A DNA stretch of 64,000 nt from Lama guanicoe. Its lineage: Eukaryota. Below the pieces are notes generated by a model, which saw only the letters and a program-made list of their open reading frames with translations, was not told where the DNA came from and searched no databases. The stretch lies in assembly GCA_013239625.1 (NCBI GenBank), contig MU053588.1, forward strand, positions 2,056,508 through 2,120,507, given 5' to 3'. The position numbers and the translations under genes are program-made. Positions 14,870 through 26,625 of this stretch are shown piece by piece (the stretch's first letter is position 1; every line of letters begins with the position of its first letter).

Positions 14870-17800
14870 AATAACAGTTTTCATCCTTCCTTTCCAACTT
14901 GTATGTCTTTTAGTTCTTTCTATCCTCTTATTTCAATGGCAAGGACCTTGAGTACAACGCTGAGTGGAGATTGTAATAGCAGACATTCTTGTTTTATCCT
15001 TAATGTGAGGGGATGCTTTTAACATTTCAATATTGAGTATGATGTCTTTTGTAGTTTTGTTTTGTTTGTTTGTTTGTTTTGGTGGATATCCCTTAACAGA
15101 CTCAGGAAGTTACCCTCTGGTTCTAGTTTGCTAAGAATTTTCATCATGAATGGGTCTTATATTTTGTCAAATGCTATTTATTTATTTAACATATCAAGAT
15201 GATTGTATAATTTTTGTCTTTTTCTTTGTTAGTGGTAAAATGTACTAAATGTTAAAAAAAATTATTTTCTGGAATAAAACTCACTTGTTCATGATGTAGT
15301 ATCTTTTTGTATGTCACTTGTTTTGATTTGCTAATAAGTTTGTTAAAGATTTTTGCATTTGTGATTATGAAAGTTTGGTCTGTATTGTTCTCCTTAAATA
15401 GCCTCATTAGATTTTGGAAACAATTTTATTCTACACTCACAAAAAAGTTAGGAAGTGTTCCCTTTTTATATTTTCTGTGGGAGTTTTTGCAAGATTGACA
15501 CAATTTCTTCCATAATGTTTAGGCATAGGGTTTTCTTTATGATAAACTGTTTTTTTTCTTTTTTATATGATAAATTGTTAAACAGACCACTCACATTTTC
15601 TATTTCTTCTTCTGCTAAATTTGTAAGTTTTTTTTACAATGAATTTGTCCATTTCACCAGATTGTCCAATTCACCACCTTCACATTTTTCTTTTCTTTTT
15701 TTTTTAACATTTTTTATTGAGTTGTAGTCATTTTACAATGTTGTGGCAAATTCCAGTGTAGAGCACAATTTTTCAGTTATACATGAACATACACATATTC
15801 ATTGTCACATTTTTTTTCGTTATGAGCTACCATAAGATCTTGTATATATTTCTCTGTGCTATACAGTATAATCTTGTTTATCTATTCTACATTTTGAAAT
15901 CCCAGTCTGTCCCTTCCTATCCCCTGCCCCCTTGGCAATCACAACTTTGTATTCTATGTCTATGAGTCTGTTTCTATTTTGATTTTATGTTTGTTTTTTT
16001 TTAGATTCTGCATATGAGTGATGCCATATGGTATTTTTCTTTCTCTTTCTGGCTTACTTCACTTAGAATGACATTCTCCACGAACATCCATGTTGCTGCA
16101 AATGACATTATGTTGTCATTTTTATGGCTGAATAGTATTCCATTGTATAAATATACCACTTCTTTTTTATCCAGTCATCTGTTGATGGACATTAAGACTG
16201 TTTCCATTTCTTAGCTATTGTAAGTACTGCTGCTATGAACATTGGGGTGCAGGTGTCATTTTGAAGCAGGGTTCCTTCTGGATAGATGCCCAAGAGCAGG
16301 ATTCCTGGGTCATATGGTGAGACTATTCTTAGTCTTTTGAGGAATCTCCATATAGTGTACTTTTCCACAGTGGCTGCACCAAACTGCATTCCCACCAGCA
16401 GTGTAGGAGGGTTCCCTTTTCTCCATAGCCTCTCCAGCATTTGTCATTTGTGGACATTCTGTGAACGATGGCCATTCTGACTGGTGTGAGGTGATACCTC
16501 ATTGTAGTTTTGATTTGCATTTCTCTGATAATTAGTGATATTGAGCGTTTTTTCATGTGCCTGTTGATCATTTGTATGTCTTCCTTGGAGAATTGCTTGT
16601 TTAGGTCTTCTGCCAAGTTTTGGATTGGGTTTTTTTTTCCTATTAAGTCATATGAGCTGCTTATATATTCTCGAGATCAAACCTTTGTCGGTTTCACTGG
16701 CAAAAATTTTCTCCCATTCCATAGGTTGTCGTTTTGTTTTACTTATGGTTTCCTTTGCTGTGCAGAAGCTTGTAAGTTTAATTGGGTGCCATTTGTTTAT
16801 TCTTGCTTTTATTTCTATTGCTTGGGTAGACTGCCCTAGGAGAACATTTTTGAGATGTATGTCAGATAATGTTTTGCCTATATTTTCTTCTAGGAGGTTT
16901 ATTGTATCTTGTCTTATGTTTAAGTCTTTGATCCATTTTGAGTTTATTTTTGTATATAGTGTAAGGGAGTGTTCTAGCTTCATTGCTTTACATTCTGCTG
17001 TCCAGTTTTCCCAACATCATTTGCTGAAGAGACTGTCTTTATTCCATTGTATATTCTTGCCTCCTTTGTCGAAGATGAGTTAACCAAAAGTTTGTGGGTT
17101 CATTTCTGGGCTCTCTATTCTATTCCATTGGTCCATATGTCTGGTTTTGTACCAATACCATGCTGTTTTGATCACTGTAGCTCTATAGTATTGTCTGAAG
17201 TCTGGGAGAGTTATTCCTCCATCCTCTTTCTTTTTCTTCAGTAATGCTTTGGCAATTCTAGGTTTTATTGTGGTTCCATATAAATTTTATCATGATTTGT
17301 CCTAGTTCTGTGAAATACATCCTGGGTAATTTGATAAGGATTGCATTAAATCTGTAGATTTCCTTGGGCAGTATGACCATTTTAACAATATTGATTCTTC
17401 CAATCCAGGAGTATGGAATATCTTTCCACTTTTTAAAGTCTTCTTTAATTTCCTTAATCAGTGTTTTATAGTTTTCTGTGTATAAATCTTTCACCTCCTT
17501 GGTTAGATTTACTCCTAGGTATTTTATTACTTTGGGTGCTATTTTAAAGGGGATTATTTCTTTACTTTCTTTTTCTGTTGATTCATCGTTAGTGTAAAGA
17601 AATGCAACTGATTTTTGAACGTTAGTCTTGTAACCTGTAACCTTGCTGAATTCTTCAATTATTTCTAGTAGTTTTTGTGTGGACCTTTTAGGGTTTTCTA
17701 TATATAGTATCATGTCATCTGCAACAGTGACGCTTTTACCTCTTCTTTTCCAATTTGGATCCCTTTTATTTTTCTCTCTTGCCTGATTGCTGTGGCTAGG

Positions 17801-19260
17801 ATTTCCAAGACTATGTTGAATAGGAGTGGTGATAGTGGGCAGCCTTGTCTTGTCCCAGATTTTAGTGGGAAGCTTTTGAGTTTTTCACCATTAAGTACTA
17901 TGCTGGCTGTAGGTTTGTCATATATAGCTTTTATTATGTTGAGATATGTTCCCTCTATACCCACTTTGGTGAGAGTTTATATCGTAAATGGGTGTCGAAC
18001 TTTATCAAAAGATTTTTCTGCATCTATTGAGATGATCATGTGCTTTTTGTCCTTTCTCTTGTTGATGTGATGTATTACATTGATTGATTTGCATATGTTG
18101 AACCACCTTTGCGTCCCTGGGATGAACCCCACTTGATCATGATGTATAATCTTTTTTATGTGCTGTTGGATTCTATTTGCTAGTATTTTGGTAAGGATTT
18201 TTGCATCTATGTTCATCAGTGATATTGGCTTGTAATTCTCTTTTTTGGTGGTATCTTTGCCTTGTTTTGGTATCAGGGTGATGGTGGCTACATAGAATGG
18301 GTTTGGGAGTATTCCCTCCTTTTCAGTCTTCTGGAAGAGTTTGAGAAGGACTGGTATGAGTTCTTCTTTGTATGTTTGGTAGAATTCCCCAGAGAAGCTG
18401 TCCAGTCCTAGACTTTTATTTGTAGGGAAGTTTTTTATTGCTAATTCTATTTCATTTCTAGTGATGTGGTTTGTTCAAGTGGTCAGTTTCTTCCTGATTC
18501 AGTCTTAGTGGACTGTATGTTTCCAGAAACTTGTCCATCTCCTCTAGGTTATCCACTTTGGTTCCATATAGTTTTTCATAATATTCTCATATAATATTCT
18601 GTATTTCTATGTTATTTGTTGTAACTTCTCCATTTTCCTTTCTTATTTTGCTTATTTGTGCCCTCGCTTTTTTCTTCTTTGTGATTTTGGCCAGAGGTTT
18701 GTCGATTTTATTTACCCTTTCAGAAAACCAGCTTTTGGTTTGATTGATTTTTTCTATTTTTTAAAAATCTCTATTTTATTTATTTCCTCCCTGATCTTTA
18801 CAATTTCCTTCCTTCTGCTGACTTTTAGGTATTTTTGCTCTTCTTTTTCTAATTCTTTTAGCTGGTGGGTTAGATTGTTTACTTGAGATTGTTCTTTTCT
18901 GATGAAGGCCTGTATCACTATAAACTTCCCTCTTAGCACTGCCTTTGCTACATCCCATAAATTTTGTGTGGTTGTTTTCACCTTCACATTTTTCATAGTA
19001 GCTAATTTATGTTTTATAAATTATGTTTGTAATATCTGTGTAATATGTGTTAATGCTTCATTTTTCATTCTTGATATTTCTAATTTGTGTTTTCATTCTT
19101 TTTGTTGGACTAATCAGTTTCATAAATAACAAGATTTTTAACTTGGTTTTTCTCTTGCACATTTTTTCTATTTCACTGATTTCTGCTCTTTATTATTTCT
19201 TTCCTTCTAGTTTGTTTAGGCTTGATGGGATGATCATTTTCCAGTCTCATGAGATTTGGA
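14870..19260 (-). mobile_element. Old LINE-1 ORF2 fragment split by a younger L1 (parts ~14870-15690 and ~18979-19260)
   Basis: Degenerate antisense L1 sequence continues on both sides of the TSD-bounded insertion. Confidence 0.7.
15691..18978 (-). mobile_element. Young 5'-truncated LINE-1 (~3.3 kb; disrupted ORF2 RT and C-terminus, 3'UTR, polyA)
   Basis: ORF2 peptides [52 protein letters not shown]; poly-T at 15691; perfect 16-bp TSD caccttcacatttttc at 15675-15690 and 18979-18994. Confidence 0.96.
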
Positions 19261-19534
19261 AACTGAATTCTAACTAGGAATATTTTTCATAGCCTGTAAC
19301 TTATAATATGAAACTTAGGTTCTTTGACGTGAAAGAATTGAAAGCTGGCCAGAATTAGAAAATGAAAATTCATTAGGAAGATATCACAGTAATTCAGGGC
19401 AAAAATAATGGGTTAGACTAATGTGGAAGTAACAGATATAGAGAAACTGATATAAGAAAGGTCATATTTTATAAATAAAGCCAAAGGCACTAGTGAATAA
19501 ACTGGATTGTAAAAGAAAGAAAAGATCACTGAAA

Positions 19535-19930
19535 TGTGTATTTTCCATGTGTCCCTCCAGATCTACTCTCCACCCATCTCTGCCTTGCTCTTTGCCTTCA
19601 AGGCTAATCATTATGGGCTCCATCAATAGGCTGGACCAGTTGAAGACCAGAGAGCAGGAAGAGTGAAACTGGATTGTATATATTCCCTGGCTCCCTTCCT
19701 ACCTTATCAAAGTTGGCTTTGACCCCCCACCAAAGGTCATACATCTTATTTGAGGATCCCTATTTCCTCTGGGTCCAGTAACTGCTCCTTGCCTTGCCTT
19801 TTCAAGCTTGGACACTATAATGGTTCCCTCATGATTGGGAGCCTCAGAAAACCATACTATGCTTTATTGTTTCACCTTAACCTGTCCACACATTTGTATA
19901 TTGTCATTTTGTCAAATTCTCAGCAATCCT
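19535..19930 (+). mobile_element. ERVL-class solo LTR fragment (LTR33-like)
   Basis: ccctccagatctactctccaccc...ggctccatcaat...tattccctggctcccttcct resembles the LTR33 family. Confidence 0.5.
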
Positions 19931-20098
19931 TTAAGACCTTCACTCACATAAGAAGTAATCAAGACTGATTTCTAAGGGATTTATTGGAAAAATGTATGGC
20001 CTCCTAGTGTCATTTGCTGAGATACAGGAGAAAGAGAAAATGGGTGAGGCTAGTAGAAAAAAATAATTCATTTTTAGATACATTACTATTAGACATCT

Positions 20099-20249
20099 GG
20101 AGGAGGGTATAGCTCAGTGGTAGAGTGCATGCCTAGCATGCTCAAGGTCCTGGGTTCAATCCCCAGTACTTCCATTAAAGATAAACAAATACATAAAAAC
20201 ATAGTCACCTCCCTCCCAAAATAAAAAAATATATAAAAATTTGTTAAAA
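20099..20249 (+). mobile_element. tRNA-Ala-derived SINE (camelid Vic-1 type)
   Basis: gggtatagctcagtggtagagtgcatgcctagcatg...ggttcaatccccagtac plus A-rich tail. Confidence 0.9.
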
Positions 20250-20680
20250 ATTAGAAATCCCATCAGATATCCAGTGAATAGCAAGTATTAAGCTGAAGAG
20301 AAAGATTACTGCAAGTGTTGTAAAAGTCATTTACATATGGGAATGATTTGGATATTTTTTAAAGCCAAATAACCAGATGTGCACACATAAAGAGAATATG
20401 AAGCTACAGGAGAGGAGAACAGTCCCTGGCATAGTACAGAGTTAACAGATCCAGCTCAGAAGGAGTGGGTAGCAAAGTACAATGGGAAATAGCCACCACT
20501 GGGGCAGGACAGAACCCAGAGAAGGTGGCAATTTAGAAACTATGAAAATAAAGTGTATCAAGAATCAAAGAGTTGCCAATTGTGTCATTTTGCTTCAACA
20601 GTAAATAATGCGAGGCCTGAGATCTGCAGATAGTATCCGCAAACACAGCAGTCACTGATGATTTCTTAAGAGCAATTTTA

Positions 20681-20830
20681 GGGGAAGGTATAGCTCAGTG
20701 GTGGGGTGTGTGCCTAGCACATACAAAGTCCTAAATTCAGTCCCCAGTACCTTCATCAAATATAAATCAATCAATAAATCTCATTACCTGCCCCTCCAAA
20801 AATAAAAACCACAATGAAAAAAAATTTTTA
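20681..20830 (+). mobile_element. tRNA-Ala-derived SINE (Vic-1 type), diverged
   Basis: ggggaaggtatagctcagtggt...ccccagtacc, A-rich tail. Confidence 0.85.
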
Positions 20831-21409
20831 AGCGTTGTTTTAGTGGAATGAGGAGGAAGAATGCTCAATTATAAGAGCATGAAGAGAGTCTAGTAAGTGA
20901 CATGTGGAAACAATGACTACAAATTGCTATTTAAGAAATTTTAATATCCCAGAGTCTGACTTTTAGTTTCAACAAACCAAGTAGTTGTTCTTGAAATTAT
21001 GAAAGTTATGCACTTACGGTCACATGGATTTACCCCACAACCACAGGGAAATACCCTATGATTCTTCTATTGTGGCTTACATAGTTTCCATACATGTAAT
21101 TGATCTACCTCAGATATCTACCACGTGAGGGACCTGCAGAAGCTGGCACTCTGTCGTGGACTGCACACACACCTGGCCCAGCACTAGGAGCTGAAGGAGG
21201 ACACCGGGCAGGAGCCAGCGGGGCGAGTCAGCAGAGAAGCAGCCGCCTGGAGCCCGGGGCCCGCACTGCCCTTCAGAGCATATGGCTACTGCTTCTCTGC
21301 CAACTTCTAAATATGGCGCCAATGTCACCTCCGCCAGCCCTAACCCAAAACCATTCAGGAGGGAAGTTCTTGGAAACATGGTTCCAGCTTAGCTAAATTG
21401 ATACAGTAT

Positions 21410-22045
21410 AACACTATCACCATCATTTGTTCCAAAAAAATAAATCTGATCATGTCATTCATCTGCTCAAAGACCTCTAGTGGTTCCCTTTCTCTTTTGG
21501 GATGAAAGTCAAAATAGTGACACTGCCTACAACACTTCATATAAGCTGACACTTTTAACTCCTACTACTTGCTCCTCCCTGTGTCTCCCTGCAGCCATAC
21601 TGGTCACCTAACACACAAGTAATGCTCCTTTCTCTGTCTTTCCTCTACTTGTCCCCTCTACCCTCTACATTCTTGCCACCAGCTCTGTGCCTTCATTCCT
21701 CCCTCAAGTCATTCTACACTCTTCAAATATCACAGTTTCAGGGAGGGATCTCCTGACCAGATTATTTAAAACCAAACCAGCTGAGGCATTCCTGCTCCCC
21801 CGCCTTCCTATCCCTTAGTTTTTACTTTCCAGCAGAACACTTAACCATGAACTGAAATACTACAGTGTTACCTGTTTAACATTTTCTGCCACTCCCAGTA
21901 GAATGTAAGCTCCATAAGGACCATTATTTTTTTCCAATATTATTTATTACTATATCCAAATTGCCTATAACAGTGACTGGCCTATAGTAGGGGATCATTG
22001 AATATTCTGGATAAAATGAAAAAATGAATGAATGAACTGAATGTA
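21410..22045 (+). mobile_element. LINE-2 3' fragment
   Basis: aaatctgatcatgtcattc...tagaatgtaagctccataagg...ends in (aatg)n. Confidence 0.75.
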
Positions 22046-22679
22046 TAGCTGCATGTTCTCCATCTGATCTTTAAATGAAGCTCACCACTCTTGAGTTCCC
22101 CTTTCCCTTATTTCAACCCTACCTAAGCTCCTATTACCAATATATGTTGTTGACAGCCAAGTGTGTATTTCCAAAGCAAACCTTCCATCTTTGTTCCACT
22201 CACATATACGTGTGCGTGATCTCTGATTAGACATGTGCATAATGCAGATGCCTTAGATGCCTTTTCAGCACTCCACGTGCTAAAAAGAATGTGCAATACC
22301 GTTAAACCCAAGCTACAACTCCCCTGGTTTCTTGATATCAAGAAATACCACCACAACCAATTTAGTTGTTCAAGTTTTAAGAGAATTGTAAGTCATTGTC
22401 CACACCAGCTTTAAACTGCCCCTTATGACACAGTTACTAAATTTAGTGCATGCTTCTAAGGAGGTGTGTCTCAAGTCCATGTGCTCTTCTTTTGTGTTTA
22501 TTTTCATCATATTTATTAGAATCATCATCTTCTCTCATCTGGTTTGCTTCAAAAGTCTCCTAATTCTTTTTTTCAAGTTGACTCTTGCTCAATTCAATAA
22601 GCAATGCTCATAATTTTTAGGCAAACTGGATAATTTTTTAAATGTTCTCTTTCTCCTTGATAAAAAAACTTAAATCATT

Positions 22680-23195
22680 TTACCTCCTTGATAAAAGCCT
22701 GAAATGACTGTTGGGATTCATGGTACACATTCTTAACCTAACCTGTAAAACTCGGCAAACTGTCATCTGACCCTAACTCAGTAACCTCAGCTCATGCCAA
22801 ATTCTCTTCTTCTTGGCACCTGAGGCACACGGGCTTTCTTTCAGTTCTTTGTATGTCCTATGTTCCTTCCTGCAAATGGCGTTTGAATGTGCTTTCCATT
22901 TGCCAAGAACACCCGCAAGGCTGATGAACTCCTCCAAAATATTCAGGAAGTAGCCAAAGCCGCAGACACAAAGGGAAGCTTTCCAAGATCCTGAGATATA
23001 CTATTCCGAGTGCCTCATTGCAGCACCTGTACAACTACAATTACATAATTATTTGTGTAATTGTTTGTCCAATGTCTGGATTCCCCACAGACCTATTTAT
23101 TGGAGCAGATACCCTTGCTGTCCACCACTGTGTCTAAAACACGAGTGGTACAGAGAGGGTACTTCACAGAATGAGATGAATGGATGAATGAATAT
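22680..23195 (+). mobile_element. LINE-2 fragment just downstream of the V1R stop codon
   Basis: ggctttctttcagttc...taattatttgtgtaattgtttgtccaatgtctg...gaatggatgaatgaat. Confidence 0.6.
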
Positions 23196-23236
23196 TGTAC
23201 AGTGCTGTCAGTAACTGGGTAAGTTCTATAACTTCC

Positions 23237-24139
23237 TCAGCAGGAAAAGCAGAGGCTGGAGACATGGGTGTTACTTTTTAAGAGCAAAAAGGGACTGAAG
23301 GTTGGAAAACAAGATGCTAGGAGCACATTGGTGTTCACAAGCCACAACTGTGGATTGTCAAAAAGGTAAGTGTATATTTCAAAGGCAGAAGAGAGAGAAT
23401 AAAATATGACAAAAGCGCTCACAAGTATCATGATGGATTTTGTGGCTCTAGCCTCTGGGGACATTTCTGGGGGTTGCCTAGTGCTATGAATGTATTGGAC
23501 TTGCTGTTTGTGCCTGTGAAGAAAAAATATCATAGATCCACTGGCCCATATCATGAGTCCCAAACAAATAACATCAACACAGGAGTAAATAACTGAGCAT
23601 ATTGATTCTGTAATTGTGTTCATAAACAAACAGGAGCAATATCCAAAATTTAACTTCACACTGATATTTCTGCTGTTCTTCTGTCCAATCATTCTCATGG
23701 GAACCATGACATTTATCAGCAAATGAAACAGCCAGCTCAGGATACATGGAGAATTGATATACTTCGGGGATTTGAATTTGAGTTCTGCCCACTTGGAGTT
23801 CATGGGGTTAATACTTAAGGCCTGGAAGCCACCCAAAAGACAGGTGGTGCTGAGGGAACTTCCCCAGGCCACTCTGTGAAAATAAAAGACAAGTTTACAC
23901 CCTATATCATTTAGGAAATATTTCAATCCAAAGGCTGCTATTGTCGGAGGGATTCCTCCACAAAGAAGGATCAAAGTATTGGCTAAAGCAAGATGGTTGA
24001 TTATTTGCTCTAATGGTCTCAATCCATGCCTCCTTAAAAGACAGCAGATGTAATGACAAAGGAGTGAAACATTCCCCACAGTCCCTATTCCAGTCTGAGC
24101 GAGGATGACCATACCCATCGCCATGTCAACAGAAATCAT
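23237..24139 (-). CDS. Vomeronasal type-1 receptor (V1R/VN1R family GPCR), intact 300-aa single coding exon
   Basis: Uninterrupted ORF with V1R motifs: GNVSLL, HLALANTLILL, GCKLVFYFHRV, STTCLLGGFQA, NIS glycosylation site, GYCS, MIWASGSMIFFLHRHKQQVQYIHS, SPEARATKSIMILVS, CFPTFSPFLL. ATG 24139 preferred because a splice acceptor lies at 24187-24186. Confidence 0.93.
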   Translation of the reverse strand: MISVDMAMGMVILAQTGIGTVGNVSLLCHYICCLLRRHGLRPLEQIINHLALANTLILLCGGIPPTIAAFGLKYFLNDIGCKLVFYFHRVAWGSSLSTTCLLGGFQALSINPMNSKWAELKFKSPKYINSPCILSWLFHLLINVMVPMRMIGQKNSRNISVKLNFGYCSCLFMNTITESICSVIYSCVDVICLGLMIWASGSMIFFLHRHKQQVQYIHSTRQPPEMSPEARATKSIMILVSAFVIFYSLSSAFEIYTYLFDNPQLWLVNTNVLLASCFPTFSPFLLLKSNTHVSSLCFSC

Positions 24140-25584
24140 TCTCTCAGGGGCTGAGGTATGATGATTTTGCTCAAATCCACAGAACCTGGGGAGAAACAGA
24201 ACACATGCGTGCATTTCTTCAAGTCAAGTGAAATATGGTTCTCATCATAATTTCTTTAAAATCTCCTTTCTGGGACCTTAGTCTACTGTCATGTATAAAA
24301 ATCCATCCCTAAAGTTTGTTTCTCTTAATCACCTAGTATATCTGTCATAATACTTATAACAACTGAAATTATCTCATTGGATTATCTTATTTTATTGAAG
24401 GATGACAATTTCCTCTGATAGAAACATGAGGGCCATGAAAGTAGGGATCTTGTCTACCTTGTTTTCAGTCCATGTCTAGGGTTGAGAACATTCCGTCACT
24501 AGTAGGCAGTCAACAAATATCTATTAGATGAATAAATGAATGGAGTCATTATTTTCATCTCAAAAATTATTTTAATATGTCTTTTATGTTAATAGATTTC
24601 TTAACATGGAATGCAGATTCTCTACTTAATAATTTAAAAGAGTGCATTAAGCTCACTAATCGTGTTATTCAAAACTGCATATCCTTGCTTGGTTGGGAGG
24701 TTTGTTTGTTTTTGTTTATGTAAAAGCGTGGTCTTCCTGAAAAACAGATGATCAAGGGTCTTATGCTGTACCGGATCCTATCAAATACTCTTTGTCCAAA
24801 GTTATCTTTCTATAAACCAGTTCAATCTTTGAATAGAACTTTTGAGTCAACCTAGACTGAATTGAGCAGTATAACTTAATAATAATACAACAACAAAGAT
24901 ATTTTCCAAGAGTATACATGGTTAATGTGACAGTGAACATTCAAGCAATCTCATTCCATTAGGAAGAAAAGACTAACATGACCCCAGGCACACAGTTATT
25001 CAGTATTTTTCTAACTTGTCCAAAAAATTGGCAAGAAAAAATTACTCCTCTTTGAAAACTAGATTGCTTTCTGTGTTACATTCAAAGAACCAGCTGAAAT
25101 ACTTTAGAAGTAATAAGCTAGTAATTTGCCCAGATATTACACAAATATGCAAAATTTTAAAACAGACTGTGCATAAACACTTCAAAAATCTTAGGAATAA
25201 ACTAGGTCAGTGATATGTTGGAAATATGAAAGTAAAAAAAAAAATTAAATAGCGTAAAAGAAATCCTTAATGAGTGGAACTAAATTCCACGTTCTTGGAT
25301 GGGAAGATATAACATGTTGTCAAGATTTGAAGTTTCCTCAAATGTGTAGATTCAAGTCAATATCAATCAAAATAGTAGATAACTTGGGGGGAACTAGGCA
25401 ATTTGCCTTAAAATTTAACTATAATTGCAGAAGAAAATTCAAGTCATTTTCCCCAATACTTTATTATCAAAATGTTCAAACATACAGAAACCTAGTCTTT
25501 TTAAAAAATAATAATGATGAAGTGGACTGACCTACCCCATTTCTTAAAATTTAACACAGCAGTTAAAGTATATAGGACAAATGA

Positions 25585-26625
25585 TAAACAGCCAATAGGC
25601 ACATGAAAAATGCTCAATATTGTTAATTATCAGAGAAATGTAAATCAAAACTACAATGAGGTATCACCTCACACCAGTCAGAATGGCGATAATTCAAAAG
25701 TCCACAAATGAGGTGGGGAGGGTATATAGTTCAGTGGTAAGTATGTGCTTAGCAAGCACAAGGTCCTGGGTTCAATTCCTAGTACCTCCATTAAAAAAAT
25801 AATAAATAACCTATTTACCTCCCCTCCTCCAAAAAAAAAAAAAAGCCCACAAACAATAAACACTGGAGAGGCTGTGGAGAAAGGGGAACCCTCCTACACT
25901 GTTGGTAGGAGTGTAGTTTGAGGAAGCCATTATGGTAAACAGTTTGGAGATTCCTCAAAAAACTAAAAATAGACTTACCATATCCAGCAATCCCACACCT
26001 GGGTTCCCTCAGCAATGTGGAGGGAACTCTAATTTGAAAAGATACATGCACCCCAATGTTTATAGCAGCACTGTATACAATAGTCAAGACATGGAAACAA
26101 CCTAAATGTCCATTGACAGATGACTGGATAAAGAAGTTGTGGTATATTTATACAATGGAATATTACTCAGCCATTAAAAAGAATACAATAATGCCATTTG
26201 CAGCAACATGGATAGATCTAGAGATTGTCATTCTAAGTAAGCCAGAAAGAGAAAGAAAAACACCATATGATATCAATCATATGTGAAATCTAAAAGGAAA
26301 AAGAAGACACTAATGAACTTATCTACAAAACAGAAACAGACTCACAGACACAATAAGTAAACTATGGTTACCAGGGGTCAAAGGGCTGGGAAGGGATAAA
26401 TTGAGAGTTCAAGATTTGCAAATATTAACTATTATATATAAAATAGATAAAAAACAAATTTCTTCTGTATAGTACAAGGAACTTATTCAATATCTTGTAG
26501 TAACCTATAATGAAAAAGAGTATGAAAATAATATATGTATGTATATGTATTTACATAGGAAACATTATGCTGTACACTAGAAATTGACACATTGTATGTA
26601 ACTGACTATACTTCAGTAGAAATAA
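25585..26625 (+). mobile_element. LINE-1 3' end, interrupted by a SINE
   Basis: aggcacatgaaaaatgctcaat...[13 protein letters not shown] sequence...3'UTR ending aataaa ~26621. Confidence 0.9.
25713..25841 (+). mobile_element. tRNA-Ala-derived SINE (Vic-1 type) nested in L1
   Basis: SINE head plus A tail; TSD-like aaaagtccacaaa / aaaagcccacaaa. Confidence 0.9.

Noticed and set aside
15691..18978. Active L1 or novel reverse-transcriptase system
   Set aside because: 5'-truncated, lacks ORF1 and promoter, ORF2 broken into many frames; an ordinary dead L1
24140..24214. 25-aa N-terminal extension of the V1R in the ORF track
   Set aside because: The upstream ATG lies 5' of a polypyrimidine tract and AG acceptor (24187-24186), so it is probably intronic
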